Part shown: positions 1 through 9,438 of the stretch, piece after piece
Layout of the letters: the number at the start of each line of letters is the position of its first letter
Position numbering within the stretch: position 1 is the first letter of the stretch
Assembly: GCA_947571115.1 (NCBI GenBank)
Contig: CANOWW010000010.1
Location: 6,142-70,141 of the forward strand
Length of the DNA stretch: 64,000 nt
From: an uncultured Clostridium sp.
GTDB taxonomy: Bacteria > Bacillota > Clostridia > TANB77 > CAG-508
Direction: 5' to 3'
The notes under the pieces: model-generated
The model's input: only the letters and a program-made list of their open reading frames with translations
Database searches by the model: none
Told to the model about the DNA's origin: nothing
Position numbers and translations under genes: made by a program

Positions 1-480
1 AAAAATAGTTATAAGATTTTACAAGATAATTTTTATTCATATATGATTAGGTCAGGATTTGATTTAGAACGTGGAAATAAAGAAGAAAATGAACATATAC
101 CAATAGAAAAACTAAAGAAAGTTACTAATTATGAAGTTCAAGAAATGTTTAAAGAAACAAATAATTTAGAGCGAGAAATAATAACAGATAATGTTGAAGT
201 ATTAAAAGATAATTATAAAAGAGTTATTAGAAAATTTAATACTGTTGCTAAAAGATATACTAAAATTAAGAATATAGTTGATGAAACAATGTTTAAAGCA
301 GAAAGACTACAAAGAGAAAATCAACAATTAAAACGAGAAAATGTAAAACTAAAAAGTGAAGTTGAAACATTAAAAAACTTCATAAATAAGACTTTTGAGT
401 GTGTTCATATTTTATTTGATTTTCCAATAGATAGACTTAAAAGTATAGTCCAAAACTTTTGGGAGAATGTAAGAAAATAA
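1..480 (+). CDS. Mob/Pre-family (MobV-like) relaxase, C-terminal fragment; ORF open at left window edge
   Basis: Frame 1 has no stop from nt 1 to TAA 478-480, so the listed 43..480 ORF probably continues leftwards. The FYSYMIRSGFDLERG segment followed by a long charged coiled-coil tail resembles the C-terminal half of plasmid recombination/mobilisation enzymes (recognition from memory only). Confidence 0.4.
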   Translation, partial: KNSYKILQDNFYSYMIRSGFDLERGNKEENEHIPIEKLKKVTNYEVQEMFKETNNLEREIITDNVEVLKDNYKRVIRKFNTVAKRYTKIKNIVDETMFKAERLQRENQQLKRENVKLKSEVETLKNFINKTFECVHILFDFPIDRLKSIVQNFWENVRK

Positions 481-500
481 ATATTGAAAGGTCGTGAAAA

Positions 501-770
501 ATGAATAAAAGTAAAATTGAAGATTTATACGATAATATGCAAGATAAAATTGTACGAGATATTTGTAAAGATAGTAGACTAGATAATATATGGGCTGAAA
601 TTAACGAAATTGATGAGTTACTAAAAAATACTCTATCTAAAGAAGATTACGATATATTTGATGATTACTTATCTAAAGAGGCAAAGTTAATTGATTTGGA
701 AAGAAAAAAGGCTTTTGCTTATGGTTATAATCTTTCAAATAAATTGATGATTGAATCTATGAGAGAATAA
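501..770 (+). CDS. hypothetical small acidic protein (89 aa)
   Basis: ORF in the track, 20 nt after the previous stop, followed by a strong hairpin terminator. No family recognised. Confidence 0.5.
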   Translation: MNKSKIEDLYDNMQDKIVRDICKDSRLDNIWAEINEIDELLKNTLSKEDYDIFDDYLSKEAKLIDLERKKAFAYGYNLSNKLMIESMRE

Positions 771-784
771 ATTTAATATGATTT

Positions 785-811
785 GGGAAGTATTTATTAC
801 TTCCCTTTTTT
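785..811 (+). terminator. rho-independent terminator (GGGAAGTATTTATTACTTCCC + T-run)
   Basis: Perfect GGGAAGTA/TACTTCCC stem followed by TTTTTT. Nearly identical to the hairpin at 3369-3394. Confidence 0.7.
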
Positions 812-893
812 ATTAGATTAAATAGATATTATATTTGAGAAATATAGTTTTGTGTGATATATTAAATAAAAATACTATTATAGAAGGTTTATT

Positions 894-2399
894 ATGGATG
901 AAATAGAAAAAGCAGAACAAAGATACATAAATATTATAAGAAAATTTACAACTTGTGAATTGTTAGAATACTTTTCTAAAAAATCAATAGAAGCTTATCA
1001 AAATGGAAAAAAAGGTTTTACAATTTGTGATGTACCTTATTATAATAAAAACGGATTAAAAGGAATAGTAAAGGGATTTTGTTATGGTCAATGGGAACTA
1101 GTACAGATTTGTTATAATTCGATACGATTTAGCAACGATTATAGAGGTAAAACAGTCGACGAATCAGATTATTTTAATTTATTAAATGAAAATAAAATAT
1201 ATGATGAAACAATTGAAGTTGTTGATGAAGATGCTTTAAAACTATTTGAACATATGCAATGTTTAAGTAATATACAATTTGATTTTCAAACATTAAATAC
1301 AGTTACAAAATTCAATAGAATGTATCAAATATTGGTTACAATAAATAAAAATACAAAATATAATCAGACAGAAGAAGTTTGTTATATAGACATAGAAAAA
1401 GAATTTAAAAAAATTACGAATATACAATTAAATAAATTTATTGACATTTACTTTTTTTTAATATTACTTTCTTCTACTAGAAAAAATACAAATATTTTTG
1501 ATATTATAAAAGATTTAGAATTTGATGTAAGTAAATTAGGCTTTTCTAAAGACGATATTGTTAATGTTATAGAGTTATTGAGTAAGGATTATGAATTTTA
1601 TAAAAATACTGATAATTGGAATTTATTAAGATTTTATCCTATTGTAAAAACAAATAAAGGAGAGAATAACTATATAATAACTAATATCTTTTCTCTAATG
1701 CTAAGTTTTCCTGAATCTATATATTGGATTATACGAAATCATTATTGTGAACTTAATTGTAGCGATTTCACAACATATTTTGGAAATTCTTTTGAATACT
1801 ATGTACAAGAAATCTTTGAATTTTATAAAATAAACTGTCAGAAGCTAAAAGTGAGTAAAAAACAAAGTATTCAAATGCCAGATTGGAAAGTAGAAACAGA
1901 TAAATATATTTTTTTAATAGAGCAAAAATCATCGCTATTTCCAATTGATACCAGAACAAGCAGTAAAAAAGAAAGATTTGAGAAACTTGAGCAATATTTT
2001 AATAAAAGTTTAGTTAAAGGGTTCAATCAATTAAATTCATTTAAAATAGATAATACTCAAAAAACAATTATACGAATTTGTTTGACATTTGAAAAAATTT
2101 ATATGGAAGAAAATGCCAAACGTATTATAGAAGAAAAAATGACATTTTCTTCTGATATTAATTTAAATTGGATTGTAAATATAGATGAATTTGAAATATT
2201 GATGAAAATCTTAAGTGAAAATGAAGAAGAATTTAATAAAATAATAGAAAAGAAGATATATCTTGAAGTAACTGAAGATAAAACTGGAAGAAATTTTGAA
2301 AAATTGCTAGCTGGACACAAATATGATTATGCTAATAAAGTATTAAATCACTTTAATTTTTTAGGAGATAACTTAAAGAATAAGTTGAAAAATGTTTAA
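894..2399 (+). CDS. hypothetical 501-aa protein with a PD-(D/E)xK-like nuclease motif in the C-terminal third
   Basis: Long ORF with no recognisable family. The segment MPDWKVETDKYIFLIEQKSS fits the D-x(n)-hydrophobic-E-x-K pattern of restriction-endonuclease-like folds (motif-level inference only). Confidence 0.55.
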   Translation: MDEIEKAEQRYINIIRKFTTCELLEYFSKKSIEAYQNGKKGFTICDVPYYNKNGLKGIVKGFCYGQWELVQICYNSIRFSNDYRGKTVDESDYFNLLNENKIYDETIEVVDEDALKLFEHMQCLSNIQFDFQTLNTVTKFNRMYQILVTINKNTKYNQTEEVCYIDIEKEFKKITNIQLNKFIDIYFFLILLSSTRKNTNIFDIIKDLEFDVSKLGFSKDDIVNVIELLSKDYEFYKNTDNWNLLRFYPIVKTNKGENNYIITNIFSLMLSFPESIYWIIRNHYCELNCSDFTTYFGNSFEYYVQEIFEFYKINCQKLKVSKKQSIQMPDWKVETDKYIFLIEQKSSLFPIDTRTSSKKERFEKLEQYFNKSLVKGFNQLNSFKIDNTQKTIIRICLTFEKIYMEENAKRIIEEKMTFSSDINLNWIVNIDEFEILMKILSENEEEFNKIIEKKIYLEVTEDKTGRNFEKLLAGHKYDYANKVLNHFNFLGDNLKNKLKNV

Positions 2400-2439
2400 T
2401 GTTGTACAAATAGAAATTTAAAATATTTAGAAGGTTTTT

Positions 2440-3351
2440 ATGAAAAAAATTGAATTTAATAAATATAATAAGACTAAAAAAAATCACTTTTTACCTCAAT
2501 CATATTTAAGATTTTTTTCAAATAATACGGATTATATTACTGTATATGATAAAGATACTAATCAATTTTTTAAGAGTAATATAAGTAATATAGGAATGAA
2601 AAATAAACTGTATGTTATTGAGAATAAAAATATAAAAATTAATTGGGAAGAATTTTATACGAAAGCTATTGATAATGATATAGCAGAGATGATAAGGAAT
2701 GTTGTTTCTACTACAAATAAATATTATATTGAAAAGCCATTGTCAATAAATAATATTAAGGAACAGTTAGCTCTAGCTATGGTAATCCAAAGTTTAAGGA
2801 TTCCTCAAAGAATATATTCACAAAAAAATACATATTTTGATATATTAAATTGTTTGTTTGATAGTGTAGCAAAACAAAATATATTTGATGATAAATTTTT
2901 AGAAGAACTGAAAACTAAATTTTCCAGTGAAATGTATTATAAAGATATATTTTTCGAGGTAGCAAATAATGAGTATAGAATAGATAAATTTGCTCAAGTT
3001 CTTTTGAGAAAAACATGGATTATATTTGTAAATAGAACAGATGTAGATTTTCTAATTGGAGATAATCCTGTTTTAATATATGATTTCGTTAATAAATCTA
3101 CTGGTATACATAATGGTTTTTCAAATGCTGAAACTATAATTGCATATCCAATTACTCCAAAATATATGATTGCTATTTTTCCTAATCAATATTTATTTGG
3201 AAAAATAAAAGAAATTTTTTCTGATAAAAGAATGGAAATATATGAAGAAGCAGTAATTCATAGTTATAATAAATATCAATTTTTAAGTTCTGAAAAGCAA
3301 TTTTATGGAAAAAATGAAAATGAAATAAAAAATTTATTAAAATTATTATAA
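2440..3351 (+). CDS. DUF4238-family protein
   Basis: N-terminal NHFLPQSYLRFF matches the hallmark H-x-(V/L)-P-Q-x-Y-L-x-x-F start of DUF4238 proteins. About 300 aa, as is typical. Starts 40 nt after the previous gene. Confidence 0.6.
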   Translation: MKKIEFNKYNKTKKNHFLPQSYLRFFSNNTDYITVYDKDTNQFFKSNISNIGMKNKLYVIENKNIKINWEEFYTKAIDNDIAEMIRNVVSTTNKYYIEKPLSINNIKEQLALAMVIQSLRIPQRIYSQKNTYFDILNCLFDSVAKQNIFDDKFLEELKTKFSSEMYYKDIFFEVANNEYRIDKFAQVLLRKTWIIFVNRTDVDFLIGDNPVLIYDFVNKSTGIHNGFSNAETIIAYPITPKYMIAIFPNQYLFGKIKEIFSDKRMEIYEEAVIHSYNKYQFLSSEKQFYGKNENEIKNLLKLL

Positions 3352-3368
3352 TTTTACATAGCATTTTT

Positions 3369-3394
3369 AGGGAAGTATTATTACTTCCCTTTTT
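3369..3394 (+). terminator. rho-independent terminator (AGGGAAGTATTATTACTTCCCT + T-run)
   Basis: Same stem sequence as the 785-811 hairpin, followed by TTTTT. Confidence 0.7.
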
Positions 3395-3431
3395 ATGTGC
3401 TTGAATAATTATATATAATTTTAAATAATAC

Positions 3432-3556
3432 TGTCTAGGAAAAACTATTTTAAAAATCCGTGTAACGATTGGTATATAATAGATATATAAATTTAGTTTC
3501 TCCTAGACACTTTTTTGAGCTTGTCTAGGAAAAAATCTAGGAGAAACTCTGTAACG
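3432..3556. repeat. direct and inverted repeat cluster between the cassette and tRNA-Pro
   Basis: TGTCTAGGAAAAA...GTAACG occurs twice (3432-3467 and 3522-3556). GTTTCTCCTAGA (3497-3508) is the inverted complement of TCTAGGAGAAAC (3535-3546). Confidence 0.6.
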
Positions 3557-3695
3557 CTGTATTAGTCTTAATAATTTTAAATAATCTTGAATGATAAAAA
3601 GGCTATTTTTAGGCATTTTGAGATACTACTCAATAATTTTGAATAAAAATAAAAAGTGTTGAAATTGACTTATTTCAACACTTTTTGCATCTTGC

Positions 3696-3771
3696 TGGTC
3701 GAGGTGACAGGGATCGAACCTGCGACCTCATGGTCCCAAACCACGCGCGCTACCAACTGCGCTACACCTCG
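3696..3771 (-). tRNA. tRNA-Pro(UGG): tRNA-Pro (anticodon UGG), CCA encoded
   Basis: Hand-folded cloverleaf on the minus strand: CGAGGTG/CACCTCG acceptor stem, anticodon loop TTTGGGA, T-loop TTCGATC, 76 nt with 3' CCA. Confidence 0.9.
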
Positions 3772-3827
3772 ATAAACAACTTGTTGCTTTACACAACAAG
3801 TTTATTAAATTATAGTCAAAATAAGAA

Positions 3828-3904
3828 TGGTGAACCAGAGACGACTCGAACGTCCGACCCTCGGCTTAGAAGGCCGATGCTCTATCCAGCTGAGCTACTG
3901 GTCC
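3828..3904 (-). tRNA. tRNA-Arg(UCU): tRNA-Arg (anticodon UCU), CCA encoded
   Basis: Hand-folded cloverleaf: GGACCAG/CTGGTTC acceptor stem, anticodon loop CTTCTAA, T-loop TTCGAGT, 77 nt with 3' CCA. Confidence 0.9.
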
Positions 3905-4151
3905 ATAATCTTAAATACAATAAATATATTAACACAAGATTTAAAATTTGTCAAGTTCTTTTTCAATTTTTTTACAATTTGATTTCAATTCTTAATGTTT
4001 TCTTAATTAAACGCCCTCCCCCTTATCAATCCAAATATTCTTTGCTATAATTATGGTAAATAATCTTACAAAAATGTAAGATTGCTGTAAGGTAAATCCA
4101 TAGCAAAAACCTTAAAAACACGGTATAATCAATTTAAAGGAGAACATAAAA

Positions 4152-5201
4152 ATGAATATTTTAATTTTAACTGCAAAATGTGGCATGGGGCACTACACCA
4201 CTTCCCTTTCCCTAAAACAAGAATTAGAAAATCCGAACACACACGTAGAAATCCTAGACTTTTTTGACCTCATTTTTCCAAAATTAAAAACACTTATTTA
4301 TGGAAGTTTCAACTTTTTAGTTACAAAATGCAGTCATATTTACAACTTTTTCTACCGTTTTTCAGCCCACTCAAATTTTGCCCCTTTTAAGAAAATGATG
4401 AAAAAGCAAATCCAGAAAACATTAAATGAGAAAAACATTGACATTGTTATCTCCACTTTCCCAGTGTGTTCCCAATACGTTTCTGCTTACAAAAAATTAA
4501 ACCATTCTAATTTGAAATTGTACACTTACATCACTGATATTGACGTCAATAAAGAATGGCTTACAAGCGAAACAGATGCTTATTTTGTTGCATCAAATGA
4601 AACCAAACTGCAAATGTTGCACTTGGGTATTTCCGAAAAACAAATCAAAGTCATTGGCATTCCTGTTCGCAAAGAATTTAAGCAAAATCGCTCTGCCAAA
4701 AGAAAAAACGAAATTGTTGTCATGGGTGGCGGCCTAGGACTACTTCCCTACATGGAACAAACCTTAAAAACACTATCTCAAAATCCAAACCTACATATTA
4801 CCCTACTCGCAGGAAAAAATCAGAAATTATTTGACAAATACCACAATCAATTTAAAAATATGACGGTTGTCGGTTACACAAATCAGGTTCACCAATACTT
4901 AAGCAAAGCAGAATTAATTATCACAAAAGCAGGTGGCATCACACTTTTTGAAGCCATCCACTCAAAAACGCCATTATACATTTTGTATCCATTTTTGAGC
5001 CAAGAAATCGGAAATGCAAAATTCATTGAAAAAAATGATATTGGCAAAGTCGTTTGGAACAAAAATGAAAACGCCGCCAGTGATATTTTAGACTTACTAG
5101 AAAATCCTCAAGAATTAGAATTTATGCAAAAAAATATGCAAAATATTCAAAACACTTTGGAGCCATTAACGGTTCTTGATATTTATCAGAAAGGAGCTTA
5201 A
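4152..5201 (+). CDS. GT28-family glycolipid synthase (MGDG synthase / UgtP-like diacylglycerol glycosyltransferase)
   Basis: N-terminus MNILILTAKCGMGHYTTSLSLKQEL and the C-terminal KAGGITLFEA motif are typical of the MGDG_synth + Glyco_tran_28_C architecture. RBS AAAGGAGAA lies upstream. Confidence 0.75.
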   Translation: MNILILTAKCGMGHYTTSLSLKQELENPNTHVEILDFFDLIFPKLKTLIYGSFNFLVTKCSHIYNFFYRFSAHSNFAPFKKMMKKQIQKTLNEKNIDIVISTFPVCSQYVSAYKKLNHSNLKLYTYITDIDVNKEWLTSETDAYFVASNETKLQMLHLGISEKQIKVIGIPVRKEFKQNRSAKRKNEIVVMGGGLGLLPYMEQTLKTLSQNPNLHITLLAGKNQKLFDKYHNQFKNMTVVGYTNQVHQYLSKAELIITKAGGITLFEAIHSKTPLYILYPFLSQEIGNAKFIEKNDIGKVVWNKNENAASDILDLLENPQELEFMQKNMQNIQNTLEPLTVLDIYQKGA

Positions 5202-5202
5202 T

Positions 5203-5889
5203 ATGTTAATCGTTGCAAGTTTTGTGCTAATCTTTTTATTAACGTTTTTGTTATATAGCCTTCTCCCTTCTTATTGGAACAAGCAAAAATTTTTTCACCG
5301 ACATAAACCAAACGCAAACGCCATTTATTTAACTTTTGATGACGGTCCCAGCGAATTCACAGAAGATTTATTAAACTTATTAAAACAATATGACATCAAA
5401 GCCACATTTTTCTGTGTCGCAAATTTCGCCAAAGAGCACAAAAATATCATTCAAAAAATGCAACAAAATGGTCATGTTATTGCCCTTCACTCTTTAAAAC
5501 ATAAAAATGCCATGTTGCAAGGGATTTCTGAAACCAAAAACGATTTGGAAAAAAGTTTGGCAATCATGCAAGAACTTGGGATTTCTATCCAATATTACAG
5601 ACCTCCTTGGGGCGATACGAATTGGGCTTTACTAAAAGAACTAAAAAAGAAAAATTTGCCCTGTATTTTATGGGACGTCATGGCTGAAGATTGGGAAGCA
5701 ACTACCTGCGAAGAAATCATCGCAAGCAAACTTCTCGAGAGAACCAAATCTGGCGACATTATTTGCTTGCATGATGGTCGTGGCAAAAATGACGCCCCCC
5801 AAAAAACGATTTTCGCTTTGAAGAAAGTCATTCCCTTATTTTTAGAGAAAGGATTTGAGTTTAAAAACATTGATGAATACGAAATTTAA
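5203..5889 (+). CDS. polysaccharide deacetylase (NodB homology domain), N-terminal TM anchor
   Basis: YLTFDDGPSEFT...KATFFCV...HSLKH motifs. I place the start at ATG 5203, 7 nt after AAAGGAG, rather than at 5176. Confidence 0.85.
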   Translation: MLIVASFVLIFLLTFLLYSLLPSYWNKQKFFHRHKPNANAIYLTFDDGPSEFTEDLLNLLKQYDIKATFFCVANFAKEHKNIIQKMQQNGHVIALHSLKHKNAMLQGISETKNDLEKSLAIMQELGISIQYYRPPWGDTNWALLKELKKKNLPCILWDVMAEDWEATTCEEIIASKLLERTKSGDIICLHDGRGKNDAPQKTIFALKKVIPLFLEKGFEFKNIDEYEI

Positions 5890-6895
5890 AAAAGGAATTA
5901 TAAACGCTATTATTTTTGTGCTTTTGGTAAGCCTTACTTTTTACATCATTTTCAAGGACCATAATCTTTTAGAAATTCTAGAAATCATGAAACAAGCTGA
6001 TAAAAAATTTATCGCCTTAGCGATTTTATGTATGTTTTGCTTTATTTTCTCGGAAGGAATTAATATTGCCAGAACTCTTAAACTACTCAGTTGTAAAATT
6101 ACTTTAAAAAACGGCTTAAAATACGCCTTTGTGGGATTTTTCTTCAGCTCTATTACGCCAAGCGCCTCTGGCGGCGACCCAATGCAACTATACTACATGA
6201 AAAAAGACAAATTACCCATTGGGCATTCCGCTTTGGCTATTTTGACTGAATTTTCCAGCTTTCAATTTGTAACTGTTGTCATGGCACTAATCGGCTTTGC
6301 TACCAACTACAAATTCATTGAGGCTTCCCTTGGAAACATCAAATATTTATTGCTCCTTGGCGTTGGCATCAACACCGGCATTTTGATTTTAATTTTGCTA
6401 ACCATTTTTTCAAACCGCTTCATTCTAAAATTCGTAAATTTTATTTGCCAAATTTTAGAAAAAATTCATTACAAAAAAGTAGAAACTTTCCACGCGAAAT
6501 GTTTGGAGCAAATTCAAGAATACAAAACTGGTGCAAAATTATTAATGCAAAATAAAAAAGTGCTTTTGAAAATTATTGTCACAACTACCTGTCAAATTGT
6601 GCTATACCACTCTATTCCCTACTTTATTTACCTGTCGCTTGGTCTATGTGGCACCAATTATTTCCGCTTTTTAGCACTACAAGCTGTGCTTTACATCTCG
6701 GTCTCAAGCATTCCACTTCCGGGCGCGGTTGGTGCAAGCGAAGTTGGATTTTTAAGCATTTACAAATTGCTATTTCCAGCAGAATTATTAAGTAGCGCTA
6801 TGCTTCTGAGCCGCGGAATCAGCTTTTATTTATTTGTCATCATTAGCGGACTTGCAATTTTATTTTTTCATTTGAAAAAAACAGCGAAACCGTAA
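5873..6895 (+). CDS. flippase-like / lysylphosphatidylglycerol-synthase TM-domain family membrane protein (UPF0104)
   Basis: Polytopic membrane protein with SASGGDPMQLYYMKK, as in the TIGR00374/LPG_synthase_TM family. Overlaps the deacetylase stop, so it is operonic with the two previous genes. Confidence 0.7.
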   Translation: MNTKFKKGIINAIIFVLLVSLTFYIIFKDHNLLEILEIMKQADKKFIALAILCMFCFIFSEGINIARTLKLLSCKITLKNGLKYAFVGFFFSSITPSASGGDPMQLYYMKKDKLPIGHSALAILTEFSSFQFVTVVMALIGFATNYKFIEASLGNIKYLLLLGVGINTGILILILLTIFSNRFILKFVNFICQILEKIHYKKVETFHAKCLEQIQEYKTGAKLLMQNKKVLLKIIVTTTCQIVLYHSIPYFIYLSLGLCGTNYFRFLALQAVLYISVSSIPLPGAVGASEVGFLSIYKLLFPAELLSSAMLLSRGISFYLFVIISGLAILFFHLKKTAKP

Positions 6896-6949
6896 CTTAA
6901 CGCTACGGTTTTGTTTTGACTTACTTAAGTCTCTGTTTGTGTAGTCATG

Positions 6950-7117
6950 TTACCACGCTTGTCCATTTTCTCGGCATCGCCGCCGAGCTTCGACAATCTC
7001 ATTATGAAAAGGATCTCCTTCTTCTGATTCAGATTCCATCATAGCAAGCTTGAACGGATCTTCTCTCATATACCCCCGTATAATCTGTTCTCTTTCCCAG
7101 TAATCTAATCTTTCCAT
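6950..7117 (-). CDS. possible 55-aa protein (below the ORF-track cutoff)
   Basis: GGAGGTG lies 6 nt before ATG 7117. A minus-strand TTGACG-17-TATAGT promoter lies upstream. The ORF contains three in-frame CGG codons, which are otherwise nearly absent from the window, so it is either foreign or not coding. Confidence 0.35.
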   Translation of the reverse strand: MERLDYWEREQIIRGYMREDPFKLAMMESESEEGDPFHNEIVEARRRCRENGQAW

Positions 7118-7303
7118 TACCTACACCTCCTATAGTGTTAAAGAAATTAACATTTACATATTTACTATAACATAACTTACAATTCACGTCAAGTAAAATT
7201 TCTTTTTTATGTAAAAAATGTTGACAATTAAGCAATATCATGTTACTATAAAAAGGTACTTTTTTTGAAACTATAAACTGGTCAACCTAAAGGAGGTATT
7301 ATT

Positions 7304-7885
7304 ATGCCAGGATATAAGTACCATGATGCTACAGGAGCGCCTTCGCTCATGAATGTGCAAGCCTATCGGAAAGGCTTAATTGCACCAGATTATGCAAAAA
7401 GGCTAAAAAGCAAAGCAGACTTTTTACTGTTTACCATCGACTGTAATCCAAAAGAAACTCCATCTTTTGAAGACTTTCAATTGGTTATGGGAAATTCACA
7501 TTTTGGTTACAGCAGCGCCCCTAAAATCGAAGATTTTCTTGCTTTGCCATTGAACTTCGATTTGCCTTTCTGGAAAGGATATTGTACGCATTTGATTGGC
7601 GATAAAATCGCTTATCAATGCGGAGCTGTTAAAATGCAGCTATTTTCAGAAGACAGCGACAAAATTGGCAAAGATGAAACAAAAAAAATTCTACACGACG
7701 ACTGGAACAAACTCAATGCCATTTTAGACGAGCGTTACAATATCAGCATTCTTCCAGAAATCGAAGCTCTGAATGTCGTTCTATACTCCGACGGAACTCC
7801 ACGTTATGTAGATAGCGAATTGCTCATTGCAGAAATTGAGCGCATTCGTAACTCCAGTTGGGAGCAGCTTTTAAAAATGATTTAG
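7304..7885 (+). CDS. hypothetical protein (193 aa)
   Basis: AAAGGAGG RBS and a TTGACA-17-TACTAT promoter upstream. No family recognised. Contains one in-frame CGG (7367-7369) that needs no frame change. Confidence 0.6.
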   Translation: MPGYKYHDATGAPSLMNVQAYRKGLIAPDYAKRLKSKADFLLFTIDCNPKETPSFEDFQLVMGNSHFGYSSAPKIEDFLALPLNFDLPFWKGYCTHLIGDKIAYQCGAVKMQLFSEDSDKIGKDETKKILHDDWNKLNAILDERYNISILPEIEALNVVLYSDGTPRYVDSELLIAEIERIRNSSWEQLLKMI

Positions 7886-7903
7886 CAGTAAAATAAAAAC
7901 AAC

Positions 7904-7930
7904 AAAACCGCAGCTTGACGTTGCGGTTTT
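7904..7930. terminator. bidirectional terminator between the 7304 ORF and asnS
   Basis: AAAACCGCAgcttgacgtTGCGGTTTT hairpin flanked by an A-run and a T-run. Confidence 0.7.
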
Positions 7931-7935
7931 ATTGT

Positions 7936-9327
7936 TTAAAATTCACAATTATTTGGTGTTCTTGGGAAAGGAATCACATCACGAATATTTTGCATTCCCG
8001 TCAAATACATCATCGCTCTTTCAAAACCAAGCCCAAATCCTGAATGAACCACACTTCCATACTTTCGCAAATCTAAATACCACCAATAATCTTCCATTTT
8101 CATGTTAAGTTCTTGCATTCTTTTACTCAATTTCTCAAAATCTTCTTCCCTCTGGCTTCCGCCAATAATTTCTCCAATTCCGGGCACTAACAAATCACTC
8201 GCCGCAACCGTTTTTCCGTCCGGATTTTGCTTCATATAAAAAGCCTTAATGTCCGTTGGATAATCTGTCACAAACACTGGCTTTTTGAAAATTTGCTCAC
8301 ACAAATAACGTTCATGCTCTGTTTGCAAATCCACTCCCCAACTCACTTTGTACTCAAATTTATCGTTTACTTTTTCAAGCTCTTTTATCGCATCCGTATA
8401 CGAAATTCTCACAAAATCAGAAGAAATTACATTTTGCAATCTCTCAAGTAAGCCTTTGTCAACAAAACTATTAAAAAATTCCATTTCTTCTGGGCAATGC
8501 TCCATCACATACGAAAAAATGTATTTTATCATATCCTCTGCCAAATCCATATCATCCTTCAAGTCTGCAAAACAAATTTCTGGCTCAATCATCCAAAATT
8601 CCGCCGCATGTTTTACTGTATTTGAATTTTCCGCACGAAACGTTGGTCCAAACGTGTAGATATTACGAAAAGCAGTAGCAAATGTCTCGCCATTTAGCTG
8701 CCCACTTACTGTAAGATGTGCCGATTTGCCAAAAAAATCTTTCGAAAAATCCACATTTCCATCCTCTGTCTGTGGAACATTTTTCAAATCAAAAGAATTA
8801 ACATTAAACATTTCGCCCGCCCCTTCTGCATCACTTGCAGTCAAAATTGGGGTATGAACATACACAAAATCACGTTCTTGGAAAAACTTGTGTATCGCAT
8901 AAGAAAGCACGCTGCGCACCCTAAACACTGCATTAAACGTGTTCGTTCGCGGACGCAAATGCGCCGTTGTTCGCAAATACTCAAATGTATGCCTCTTTTT
9001 TTGAAGTGGATAGCTATTGTCTGCCACATTTTGAATTTCAATTGTTTCCGCATGCACTTCAAACGGCTGTTTTGCACCTTCTGTTATCATGAACTTTCCA
9101 GTCACTTTGATAGAAGATATAATCGTTAATTTGCAAATTTCGTCAAAATTGTCAAGTGAATTATCAAAAACAATTTGCAAATTTTTGAAAAATGAACCAT
9201 CATTTAGTTCCAAAAATCCAAACGTTTTTGAATCGCGAACAGTCTTTACCCAACCTTCTATCGTAATACTTTTGTCTTGAAAATCTCTCGGCATTTGATA
9301 TAACTTTCTAATTGTTAATTTGTCCAT
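7936..9327 (-). CDS. asnS: asparagine--tRNA ligase
   Basis: [21 protein letters not shown] and [15 protein letters not shown] class II motifs. Start moved to the second ATG (9327), which has proper GGAGGA spacing. Confidence 0.9.
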   Translation of the reverse strand: MDKLTIRKLYQMPRDFQDKSITIEGWVKTVRDSKTFGFLELNDGSFFKNLQIVFDNSLDNFDEICKLTIISSIKVTGKFMITEGAKQPFEVHAETIEIQNVADNSYPLQKKRHTFEYLRTTAHLRPRTNTFNAVFRVRSVLSYAIHKFFQERDFVYVHTPILTASDAEGAGEMFNVNSFDLKNVPQTEDGNVDFSKDFFGKSAHLTVSGQLNGETFATAFRNIYTFGPTFRAENSNTVKHAAEFWMIEPEICFADLKDDMDLAEDMIKYIFSYVMEHCPEEMEFFNSFVDKGLLERLQNVISSDFVRISYTDAIKELEKVNDKFEYKVSWGVDLQTEHERYLCEQIFKKPVFVTDYPTDIKAFYMKQNPDGKTVAASDLLVPGIGEIIGGSQREEDFEKLSKRMQELNMKMEDYWWYLDLRKYGSVVHSGFGLGFERAMMYLTGMQNIRDVIPFPRTPNNCEF

Positions 9328-9438
9328 AAACATTCCTCCGCTTTTTAATTTTTATCAATTATATAACAATTATTTGCAAAATGCAAGATTTTTATCTAAC
9401 ATTGGGCGCACTTCATTCACACATTAACAGCTAATTTT

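Noticed and set aside
43-480. Taking Met43 as the true start of the first ORF
   Set aside because: The frame is open back to nt 1, and the upstream residues (KNSYKILQDNFYSY) continue the relaxase-like sequence. The gene most likely begins outside the window.
3685-4050. 121-aa plus-strand ORF in the track
   Set aside because: It is the antisense read-through of two clearly folding minus-strand tRNA genes (Pro and Arg). It has no RBS and a biased composition.
8227-9280. Multiple 60-140-aa ORFs antisense to or overlapping asnS, with similar shadow ORFs inside sufS, sufB, sufC, GmrSD, polC, pyrH, rnj and asnB
   Set aside because: These are shadow ORFs within strongly supported conserved genes. 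They have no RBSs and no recognisable products.
9334-9438. T-box leader upstream of asnS
   Set aside because: Only about 100 nt of AT-rich sequence is available, and no specifier or T-box (AGGGUGGNACCGCG-like) sequence is visible.
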